A stretch of 64,000 bases of DNA from Heptranchias perlo (taxonomy: Eukaryota): positions 35,774,001-35,838,000 of the forward strand of contig NC_090353.1 of NCBI RefSeq assembly GCF_035084215.1. Reading direction: 5' to 3'. Positions 35,101-45,900 of this stretch are shown one piece after another. Under the pieces are notes generated by a model. It was given only the letters and a program-made list of their open reading frames with translations, was not told the DNA's origin and ran no database searches. A program made the translations under genes and the position numbers. Each line of letters opens with the position of its first letter. Positions within the stretch are counted from its first letter, which is position 1.

Positions 35101-38100
35101 AGGCGGGTACAATTTTGTCTTTTAAAAAGCATTTGGACAGTTACATGGGTAAGATGGGTATAGAGGGATATGGGCCAAGTGCAGGCAATTGGGACTAGCT
35201 TAGTGGTATAAACTGGGCGACATGGACATGTTGGGCCGAAGGGCCTGTTTTCATGTTGTAAACTTCTATGATTCTATGAAAACTGTTGGGACTATAACCT
35301 AGTGTTGTGCAAGTCCTTATCTCAGTAAAAGTGACTGTGAAGCTGTCAGGTTGTCGAAAAAACCCAACTGGTTCATTGATATCCTTTAGTGTCCATTAGT
35401 TTCCTGCATTACCACAGTGACTAAACTTCAAAAGAATACTTTTATACTGCCTTTCACGCCCTGAGGTCGTGAAAGGCGATATATAAATGCAAGTAAATCC
35501 CACACGGACTGCAGCGGTTCAAGAGGGCGGCTCACCACCACCTTCTCAAGGGCAATTAGGGATGGGCAATAAATGCCAGCCTCGCCAGTGATGCACACAT
35601 CCCTTGAACAAATTTTTAAAAAGTCTTTCTTTTTAGGGAAGGAAGCCTGCTGTTCTTACTCGGTCCGGCTTATATTTGGCTCCAGTCCCTACACCAACGT
35701 GGTTGAATCTTAACTGCCCTCTGAAGTAGTCTAGCAAGCCCTTCAGTTGTGAAAGGAGAGCGAGGGATGGGCAATAAATGCCGGGCTTGCCAGCGATGGC
35801 CACAACCCAAGAATGAATTTTTTAAAAACATAAACATAAATAACAGTGTTGACCACTTTATTGACACAGTGTGAATCTGAGCAACGCAACACTGAAAAGT
35901 TTCAGCTTCAATCGCTCTTTACCCAGAGAGTGGTGAGAATGTGGAACTCGTTACCACAAGGAGTAGTTGAGGTGAATAATGTGGATGCCTTTAAGAGGAA
36001 GCGAGATAAACACATGAGGGAGAAAGGAATAGAAGGCTATGCTGATCGAGTTAGATCAAGAGGGTTGGGAGGAGGCTCGAGTGGAGCATAAACACCAGCA
36101 TGGACCTTTTGGGCCGAATGGCCTGTTTCTGTGCTGTACATTCTATGTAATTTGATGTAATCCCCAGCCTGTGCTGACTTAGCTCATCTCAGCCTAGGTC
36201 AAGTCAAGAGCAAAACAACAATTAGTCTTCCTGCTCTAGGGGTTCTGAAGAGGGTTAAAAAAAAATCAGCCTCGATTCCCGCTCCTGATGGGCATCTGGC
36301 GCCAATTTTAACAGTAGGTGCACAACAGGTCCTCCTATAGTTACTCACGTGACGCCTTTTGAAAGTTATTACTGAATCTGCTTCCTCCGCCCTTTCAGGC
36401 AGCGCAATCCCGATCATAACAACTCACTGCATTAAAAAAAATTCTCCTCATCTCCCCTCTGGTTCTTTTGCCAATTACCTTGGCCAGGATTTTGACCCGG
36501 AGCCGAGAAGGAGGCGGAGGCGGGGTGGGGGTCGAAACGCGGATGGAGACCCGGAAGTACGGGTTTGCCGGACACCCTTACAATTTTTTTTGTTGGTTTG
36601 CCGTCCGACAGGCCGGCCTGATTGACAGGCTGACCTCAGTCAGACCGGAGCAGAGCAAGGAAGAGGATATGAAAGGGTAAGAGTTCAGGTAAGTCTTGGA
36701 TTGTATCGAATGGGGGGGTGGGGGGGGTGGGCATGGGTGAGCATGGGGGCACCGGGGGCATGGAGCAGAGGGCACCAGGGGCACATGGGTACGGGGGCAT
36801 CGGTGGGCATGGGGGCAATCTACACCTACCTGCTCTTTCCAGCAGAGGTCCCTGGGTAAAGATCAGGAGCAGGAACCCCTGGGTTGATTTTATTACTCTC
36901 CCTAACTCAGGGGAACGGTGGCCATTAATAGTGTCTCAACTGTAGACTAGGGGTGGGAGGGGCTGAAACCTGGGAATTTCCTGATCCGTGTTAGCTCAGT
37001 GCCACATACTTTATATTGAATTTCAGACCCCCTCCATCCCACACAGTATTATTCTTTGCCATGGCTCGATACCATGGACGCAGTTCATTAAAACAAGCTC
37101 AAATTACAAGCTCTAAAAACAAAAACACTCACAACTGCAACATGATTTTCCAGCCAGACTTGCTGCCTAACTGCATTGGTGTGGTTTTATTTTTGTTGAA
37201 ACCCTTTGATCACACTGGTAACGCTATGACTTGCTTTTGGTCTTTGCCCTACTTAAAACGAGAAATGAATCTATCTTCTCAGGACCCCGACTGGGTTCAG
37301 ATCAATTCGGTTTCTGTCTCTCCAGGCAGAGAAACATGGATTACTCACCAAAACGGGTTAACTCATTCTTTTGTCAGGATCTGGACTAGTGTTGGGGAGG
37401 GAGGGGCAACTAGGTGTCAGCTGTGGCTCTGTGGGCAACAATTCTGAGTCCGATGGTTGTGGGTTTAAATCCCACATTAGAGACTTGAGCACAAAATCTA
37501 AGCTGACACTCCTGGTGCAGCACTGAGAGAGTGCTGCACTGTCAGAGGTGCCGCCTTTTGGATGAGACGTTAAATCAAGGCCCTGTCTGCCCTCTCAAGT
37601 GGACGTAAAGGGTCCCACGCCATTATTATGAGGGAGAGCAGGTGAGTTCTCCCCGGTGTCCTGGGGCCGATATTTATCTCTCAACCAACATCACTAAAAA
37701 AACAGATTATCTGGTCATTATCACGTTGCTGTTTGTGGGATCTTGCTGTGCGCAAATTGGCCTCTCTGTTTCCTACATTACAACAGTGACTACACTTCAA
37801 AAGTACTTCACTGGCTGTAAAGCGCTTTGGGACGTCCTGAGGTTGTGAAATGTGCTATATAAATTCAAGTCTTTCTTTCCTTTCCATTTTTCTTAAAAAT
37901 ACCAAAACAAAAACAATTCTGGAAAGACTGGGTGGAACTCTGTGCTGGAACCGGGCTTCAAGTCCAGCCCAGACCGATGGGTGAAATTCTCCTCTGTCTG
38001 CTGGTTTTAAAGGTCAATGTTGATTGGCCAGACTCAACCCAATTCTCTGTGGTCACCAAGCCCACAGCACAGAATGGCTAGTGTAGGAAATGGAAAAGTA

Positions 38101-41100
38101 GTGGATGTTAAGGTTAGGGCTGAGACATTGTTCAGATAGTGTAGAGGGAGCTTTACTCTGTATCTAACCCTGTACCTGCCCTGGGAGTGTTTGATGGAAC
38201 AGTGTAGAGGGAGCTTTACTCTGTATCTGACCCTGTACCTGCCCTGGGAGTGTTTGATGGAATAGTGTAGAGGGAGCTTTACTCTGTATCTAACCCGTGC
38301 TGTACCTGCCCTGGGAGTGTTTGGTGGGACAGTGTGGAGAGAGATTTACTCTGTATCTAACCTGTGCTGTACCAAACCGTTTGGTGCTAACAATGAGCGC
38401 CCAAAATGAGGAAGTGTTTCATCTCTCAGCAATGAACCTTGATAAGCACAAAAATTCACAAACTACTTGTGACGTATATATTTTTTTTCCAGGTTGCCCT
38501 GAGTGAGAACATTGTCACATTAGAGAAGAAGCTAAAAGATCTTGAACTCCTCAATACCAACCTGAACAATGAACAAGAGCAACTGAAAGGTTAGAGGCGC
38601 AGAGATCTCGGAGGGTTGTGGGACTGGAGGAGGTTACAGAGGTATGGAGGGGCGAGAGCCATGGAGGGACAGACTCGCGGATAGAACCCTCCAAGATCCA
38701 TCGGCCAAATCGCTGCTCTTTATTTTGGACACGGATCCCCACTCACAGCGAGGGAAAGAATCTCCAACCAGCCCACTCCAGGGATTCCTGTTTCTGTAGA
38801 ATAAACCTGGCCAAATTGGACTGAGGAAAATTGCCAAATTGGAATTGCAGAGATTCCCATTCCCAGTGACCCCTGCAGGACGCCTGAGGACATCAGGCTT
38901 GGCTGTGATGCCCCCAAGGTTGAATAGCCTATTGACTCTCACTATCTGGGCTCAGGCGCCAAGAATGGGCAACTTTGGGGTGCTATTTGATCCATGTGGA
39001 ACTATTATCCCATCAGTAGAGGATGGGTGAGAATTAGAATCATAGAATGGTTACAGCACAGAAGGAGGCCATTCGGCCCATCGAACCTGCGCCGGCTCTA
39101 TGTAAGAGCAATCCAGTTAGTCCCATCCCCTGCTCTTTCTCCATAGCCCTCGAAATTCTTTCCCTTCAAGTATTTATCCAATTCCCTTTTGAAAGCCACG
39201 ATTGAATCTGCTTCCACCGCCCTTTCAGGCAGCACATTCCAGATCATAACTACTCGCTGCGTAAAAAAGCTTTTCCTCGTGTCGCCTTTGGTTCTATTGC
39301 CAATCACCTTAAATCTGTGTCCTCTGGTTCTTGACCCTTCTGCCAATGGGAACAGTTTCTCTTTATTTACTTTATCTAAACCCTTCATGATTTTGATCAC
39401 CTCTATCAATCTCCTCTCAAACTTCTCTGCTCTAAGGAGCACAACCCCAGCTTTTCCAGTCTATCCACGTAACTGAAGTCCCTCAACCCTGGAACCATTC
39501 TAGTAAATCTTTTCTGCACCGTCTCTAAGGCCTTCACATCTTTCCTAAAGTGCGGTGCCCAGAATTGGACACAATACTCCAGTTGTGGCTGAACCAGTGT
39601 TTTATAAAGGTTCATCATGATTTCCTTGCTTAGGAAAAAAGAAATAAAGGCTTTAACTGACTCAGACCCCTGCTTACTTTGTCTACGATTTCAACAGGTC
39701 TTTATTCTTACTTTATCAGATGTTCTTCAACATTGGGAAGTGAAGTTCTCCGATCTGGAAGAGAAACAAGAAAACCAGGAAGAGGAACTTAATAGAGCGA
39801 CTAAACGTCTGGATGAGAAGCAGAGAGAAGTTGAAGAGTGGATTGAGAATCACTCGAGGCTGAATCAGCAACTGTAAGAGGCTGTGTTTTTGCAAGATAA
39901 AGTTTTATGTTGAGAAACGTTGGTGAAAGGCTCGAGGCCCGTCAATCGGGACGCAGCAGCAAGAAAATGGAGACTCAGATATGTACTTGCAAAGGAAAAT
40001 TTCACTAAGGGGAAGGAGCAGGGGGGAGTGGGACTAATTGGAAAGCTCTTTTAAAGAGCTGGCACAGGCACGGTGGGCCGAATGGCCTTTCTCCGTGCTG
40101 TATGATTCTATGAGAGAAGATGAGGTAAAAGACAGAAAGACTTGCATTTATATAGCGCCCTTTCACGACCTCAGGACGCCCTAAAGCGCTTTACAGCCAC
40201 TTCACGTTTTAAGTGTAGTCACTGTTGTGATGTAGGAAACGCTGCAGCCAATTTGCACACAGCAAGATCCCACAAACAGCAATGAGATAATGACCAGATA
40301 ATCTGTTTTTAATGATGTTGGTTGAGGGATAAATATTGGCCCAGGACACCAGGGTGAATTCCCCTGCTCTTCTTCAAATAGTACCATGGGATCTTTTATG
40401 TCCACCTAAGAGGGCAGACAGGGCCCTCGGTTTAAAGTCTCATCAGAAAGACAGCACCCCCGGCAGTGCAGCATTCCCTCAGTACTGGCACTGAAGTGTC
40501 AGCCTGGATTATGGGCTCAAGTTACTCTAGAGTGAGGCTTGAACCCACAACCTTCTGAGTCAGAGGTGAGAGAGCTACCCACTGAGCCAAGCTGTAGTTG
40601 ACACCAGGCTGGATAAGCCACCAAGAGTTAGAAGGGTAAAAATTTACCCAGGCCTGTGTTTGGGATCCAGAATCGGCTCTGCACAGACCCCCAAACCGGC
40701 CGGCCTGAAATTGAGCCTTAAAACGGGCACAGCGAGGTCCAATTTCTACCCTGAGTCTTCAAGATCAGAAAACAATTTATTCCAGTGCATACTGACCCCC
40801 TACTTGACTCTAGGTGGGTTTAAAAACCTTACGATTGTCAGAGAAAGCGAAGACTGAGGGAAGTTAGGGGTACCATAGTTTTGAGGTGCTGGGAAAGAAT
40901 AATGAGCTTGAGTGGGAGGCACTGTGATATCAACACATTGAGGAATCAGGGAGGAGGAAGGGTGTGTAGGACAGGGGGTTTGGAGATTAGAGGGAAGAAG
41001 AGTGGAAAAGTTATCGGAGCAATGACCGTAGCGTCAATGACCGTAGCGACAATGACCGTAGCGTCAATGACCGTAGTGTCAATTACCATAGCGACAATGA

Positions 41101-42949
41101 CCGTAGCGACAATGACCATAGTGTCAATGTCCATAGCGTCAATGACCGTAGTGTCAATGACCATAGTGTCAATGACCGTAGCGACAATGACCGTAGTGTC
41201 AATTACCATAGCGTCAATGACCGTAGCGACAATGACCATAGCGACAATGACCATGACGAACTCTGGATTCTTTTACCCTCAGTCTGGTTCAGCAAACACT
41301 GAGTCGAATACACCTTTAAAGTTCAACAGAATTTTATTATCCGCGGGGCTTAGTCTATAGTATCGACATTGACTCCTGACAGAGTCTTGTCAAGTCCAAT
41401 AGAGCAAGCAAGGTTCCATACAGAGGTTTACACATTTATACAGTTACAACAGGACTATGAGCATGATTAACAATGATCAACACCAATCATAAGCGGTTCA
41501 TGTGTAGGCCATGCCTAGGTTACATGAGGGCAGGCCAATCACAGGTAGTACACGTGCATGATCATGCCGCGGTTACAACAAGAGAGGGATGCATCCTTAT
41601 CTCCTAACTACGGAATGTTCCTTCGGCCTTGTACTGTTATTGCTTAACTTCAGAATGTTCCAGCTGCACAGATACCCCAACCAGACCCCTAATCTTATCA
41701 AGTCTTGTCAACTGTTGAGACATCACAGGACTTACACATAAAGAGCTAAGCACACAAACATGAGGCCGAAAAGGGGCCCATTGTTCTACTTCTAGCTAGT
41801 AGGCTACTAACTAACTGTTGCTTAACCGCAATGCTACTTGACAAGTAGGTATTCTACTGAAAGATTGCCACGTAGGCATTCTCAACCATAGCGTCAATGA
41901 CCGTAGTGTCAATTACCATAGCGACAATGACCGTAGTGTCAATGGCCATCGCGTCAATGACCGTAGCGTCAATGACCATAGCTTCAATGACCGTAGCGAC
42001 AATGACCGTAGCGTCAATGACCGTAGCGGTGTCAATAAAACCAAGATGAGAAAGACTACAATACAGAAGGAACTTGCATTTATGTAGCGCCTTTCATCTC
42101 CTCAGGATGTCCCACAGTCAACTAATTACTTTTGAAGTGCAGTCACTGTTGTTATGTAGGCAATCCCGGCAGCCATTTTCAGACCATGATTCCACAAACA
42201 GAAATGAAATGCAAGACCAGTTAATGTGTTTTTGGAGATGTTGGATGAGAGAGGCATATTGACCAGGACACCGAGAAAACTCACCGCTCCTCTCTGAAAT
42301 ATTGCCATGGGATAGCACTCCCTCAGTACTGCACTGGAGTATTAGCCCAGACAATGTGCTCACGTCCTGGAGTCAGACTGAACACACAACTTTCAGACCC
42401 AGAGGCAAGAGTGCTACCAACTGACAACTAAAGGAATTAATGGAGGGCATCAGGAAAGGGTTTAATAGTGGAGATGTGATTGATGGATGAATATTCTGAA
42501 GTTTTGCTCAATCCCCTTTGAGCAGCAGGGAGTGTTTAAACAGAACTTTCCCTTCGGAAGTTAAATGAGTGGCTCGAGTCCATGATAGGGTAACGTGTAC
42601 ATAAGGTATAGAAGGGGATTAAATGGGTGGGTAGAGTCCATCAGAGGGTAGAGTGTACATTGGCTATGGGAGAAGATTAAATGGGTGGGTAGAGTCCATG
42701 ACAGGGTAGAGTGTTCACAGGCTGTGGGAGGAGTGGGCGGATGGCCTTTTCTCGTTCTGTGTTTTACGTTCCTATCATTCTTAATATTGAAAATAAATTC
42801 TGACTTTGTCTTAATTTACTTCTTACAGAAACAAGTGTTGGAATCAGCCAGTTAGGTATCATGGAGAATGCAGTTGGTTCACCGTTTTGATTGGCATTGG
42901 TGGTTCTTGCCTGGGTTTCGGGTCATGCTCTAATAATAAATGCAGTTAA
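32114..42949 (+). CDS. BST2: Tetherin/BST2-like chimeric gene copy 1; join(32114..32362,38493..38589,39720..39873,42829..42949), 206 aa
   Basis: Exon 1 MNKSDSTMGSSGRRDC-ILKYLVGLLSLVALIFLSSFVYVM-NSDPVLELKQCEKRLQNETSMLNECEQARGESQSLLNNCQAQS|GTGAGT has a short tail, a TM, three ectodomain Cys (51, 65, 79) and an NET sequon. Exon 2 (97 nt, ttttccag|) encodes VALSENIVTLEKKLKDLELLNTNLNNEQEQLK, ending G|GTTAGA. Exons 3-4 match gene A. The symbol is assigned from architecture only. Confidence 0.72.
32793..33463 (-). mobile_element. Solo LTR (671 bp) with 4-bp TSD GTGT; copy 48480..49150
   Basis: gtgt|TGTCGAAAA...TTTTCCACA|gtgt (8/9 terminal inverted repeat). Minus-strand CCAAT, TATAAAA near 32950 and AATAAA near 32865. 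Confidence 0.75.
33553..33589 (+). ncRNA. Minimal type I hammerhead-ribozyme-like motif; copy 49240..49276
   Basis: TCAC-CTGACGA-A-GGAG(gaaag)CTCC-GAAA-GCTT-GTGA: conserved core, stem II GGAG/CTCC, stem I TCAC/GTGA, palindromic AAGCTT in place of stem III. Confidence 0.5.
33600..35278 (+). mobile_element. CR1-clade LINE, 5'-truncated (ORF 33606..35198), in intron 1 of gene B
   Basis: Same family as 16526-18678 with a nearly identical RT translation; ATTCTATG tail. Confidence 0.95.
38139..38372. repeat. 63/67-bp tandem repeat, reverse complement of the 21843 family; longer copy ~53876-54235
   Basis: GTGTAGAGGGAGCTTTACTCTGTATCTAACCCTGTACCTGCCCTGGGAGTGTTTGATGGAACA; unit 2 has two extra 63-bp copies. 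Confidence 0.9.
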
Positions 42950-45900
42950 CGGTGAGTAACCGATAAAGAACAATCAGTGGAAACGGTACCCAGTGTGCCT
43001 TGAGGAACGGGGGGAGAGGGAGGGAGGAGAGAGTGGGAGGGAGTGAGGGCGGGGAGGGACAGAGAGGGGGAGGGAGGGAGAGGGAGAAAGGGAGAGGCGG
43101 GAGAAAGGGAGGGGGAGGGACGGGGGGAAGGAGCGAGGGAGGGAGAGAGGAGAAGGGAGGGGGAGAGGTGGAGGGAGGGGACCGTGGGAGGAAGGAGGGA
43201 CGGGGAGGTGGGAGGGTGAACTTGGGGAAGGGGAGAAAAAGCATTTTCAAAAACCTTTTCCTTATGTTGTACAGGACTCCGCCAAAATCCTGAGATGATG
43301 AAGTGGAACCGTCAACATGCAGAGATGGAGCAAACACTCCTGTGCCAAGAGATTGAGGCACTGTTGATTGGAGGAAGAAACTATGGTTCTGAGTCTCTGG
43401 GTAGCGATCCTCAATAAAAAAACAAACGCAAACCTGCTTCTCTGTGACACGAATGGGAAACAAGATTCTTGTCCGTTACAACGGGAAGATTGTCCAGTGA
43501 TGATATCGGAGTTGGTGGCTTTTCACTAAAGTTCAGATTCTCTTGGTTGCCAAACACCCTCTGGGAGGTTGTCACCCTCCCTGTCCTGTCCCACATATCT
43601 TCATATTAAAAACTGAACCCTTTGTTTTGAAGAAGTGATGTTGGGCTGGTGATAACTGAGATCTGTAGCACAGGGCGGTTTCAGCCAAACTGGTTCAAGT
43701 AACAGTGACAGACAACAGCCTGCCCTAGAGTTAATATGAACGTCCGAGAGACGGAATGAGAAAAGGCCACTCAGTACATCAGTCTCACTCCTTCCACGGT
43801 CCATGTACACTCTACTCCGTCACGGACTCTACCCACCCATTTAATCTCCTCCCATAGCCCGTGTACACTCTACTCCATCACGGACTCTACCCACCCATTT
43901 AATGTCACGGAATGAGAAAAGGCCACTCAGTACATCAGTCTCACTCCTTCCAAGGTCCATGTACACTCTACTCCATCACAGACTCTACTCGCCCATTTAA
44001 TCTCCTCCCATAGCCCATGTAATGTCTACCCCATCATGTCAATGAATCAATCATTCTTTCCCAGTGTCTTAAGACTGTGACACTTCCTCACCCACCTCAA
44101 TCCACCCTTCCTGCCTGCAGTCTACAGAATTTTAAAACCTAAGTTGACGTCCATTAACTACTGGACAACCCCTCTGCTCCTTCTCCTCCCTCCATGGTGT
44201 TGTGACCTGCACCCAGAGTCTTGGGCCTCTCAACAAAATCAGGGATTAATTACACAATTGACAGATGCCTCCAATTGGCAAAAAGGTTGCCTTGACGACA
44301 TGGTAAGGGGAGGGGATCAATTTTACATTACTACTATTTGATTTCACTGGGGGTTTTTTTTTGCTATGACGGTTAGTGAGCTTGAATAACACTGGGTGTT
44401 GAGGCTCAGAAACGTGGATTGGTTGGATTTTGCCAGCCTTTGTTTCACCGAGTCCTACACGAGGTTATAATGACCAGAAATGTCTATCAGTATTTTTTTT
44501 TAGCAAAACATAAGATGTTATCCAGGAACCGAAAAAAAGTCAAAGAAAAGAATCTGACTTTTGCTTCTGTAACAGTTGGTGATGGATTTAAGTGATGGGA
44601 AGCACTGGGATTTGACACTCTGTAAAGTGGGAGTTGTTACTGCTCCCCCACCCCTCTGATGTACATAGGACCAGGAGCAGGCCATTCAGGCCCTCAAGCC
44701 TGTTCCACATATTTATTGAGTGAGATGTATATTTGTTTCTCAAGAAAGACGAGAGAAGCCGGGATTGTTCTCCTTGGAGCAAAGATGGTTAAGGGGAGAT
44801 TTAATAGAGGTGTTCAAAATTATGAAGGGTTTTGATAGAGTAAATAAGGAGAAACTGTTTCCACTGGCAGGAGGGTCGGTAACCAGAGGACACAGATTGA
44901 AGATAATTGGCAAAGAACCAGGGTGGTGATAAGGAGAATTTTTTTTACGCAGCGAGTTGTTCTGATCTGGAATGCGCTGCCTGAAAGGGCGGAGGGAGCA
45001 GATTCAATAATAACTTTCAAAAGGGGAATTGGATAAATACTTGAAAAGGAGACATTTTCAGGGCTGTGGGGAAAGAGCAGGGCAGTGGGACTAATTGGAT
45101 AGCTCTTTTCAAACGGCCAGCTCAGGCACGACGGGCCAATTGGCCTCCTTCTGTGCCGTAAGATTCCATGATAGTTTGTACTAATCCAGAGACCAATTAA
45201 CTTAACACCAAATGAATTGTGTGTCTATATCTTTAATATAATATTTCTGTGCATATTTGCAATAAAATATAACAATAAAACCAACTCTGGTGCCAAGTGA
45301 ACAGATTTTGTTGCTTCCACTGGTCTCCAGATGAAACTCCAGTCATTCCGAAATCACATCCTGATCGGAGCAAAGCACGTGCCAGAGACACAGCGATCTG
45401 TGACTCCATGGGGTAATGTTCCAGCTTCAAGCTGCAGATTTGCGTTTGCCTGCAAGTAACAGAAACTCAACGCTTGTGGTTTACAATTTTCTGACCACTC
45501 ATTTTTAAATGTTTGAAAAACTGCGCAGCACATGCCCAAATTTCTGATTTGCGTTCCCAGTGAGCAAGGCAGTAAATCAACCCTCAAAAATAGATCATTG
45601 GGACCCCTCGATTACATTCGTTATTCTATATATAAAGCCCCCAAACCCTTTGGATAGATTCTCGCCTCAAGGACCTTGACCAGGGAGCCATTCCTCACGT
45701 GTGAGTCTGGACAGTGAGTGTCCAGATCCTAGGAGTGCAGAGGGCGCTCTGGAGAAAGTTGCCCTCACTGAACGCCCTACTTGTGTAGGATCTGTCGGGG
45801 TTATTGGACACCGAGCCACAGTGGGAGATCCTGCTGCTTTCCCCCCCTCCCCTTGCCCTGGAGCACAATGTAGGACCCTCACTACTGTGGTGGCTGAGAT

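Larger units (their letters stand above)
32691..35319 (+). mobile_element. Penelope-like insertion hosting the solo LTR and CR1, flanked by a 14-bp direct repeat
   Basis: TCTCAGTAAAAGTG at 32677-32690 and 35320-35333. The tail cctgacgaaggag...ctccgaaagcttgtgatt..aataaa[CR1]aactgttgggactataacc resembles PLE 3' ends. Confidence 0.55.
32530..35830 (+). mobile_element. tRNA-like-head SINE, split by nested insertions (pieces ~32530-32690, 35334-35390, 35635-35830)
   Basis: A/B-box-like head (agtggttat...gagttcaactccc). The sequence resumes after the 14-bp duplication. The 3' tail gggatgggcaataaatgcc is shared with the element at 1510-1870. Confidence 0.45.
22969..38596. repeat. Tandem segmental duplication unit 1 (15,628 bp)
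   Basis: ORFs recur at offset 15628 (23006 to 38634; 27302 to 42930). The unit starts at gcgcagagatctcggagggttgtgggactgg. Confidence 0.95.
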
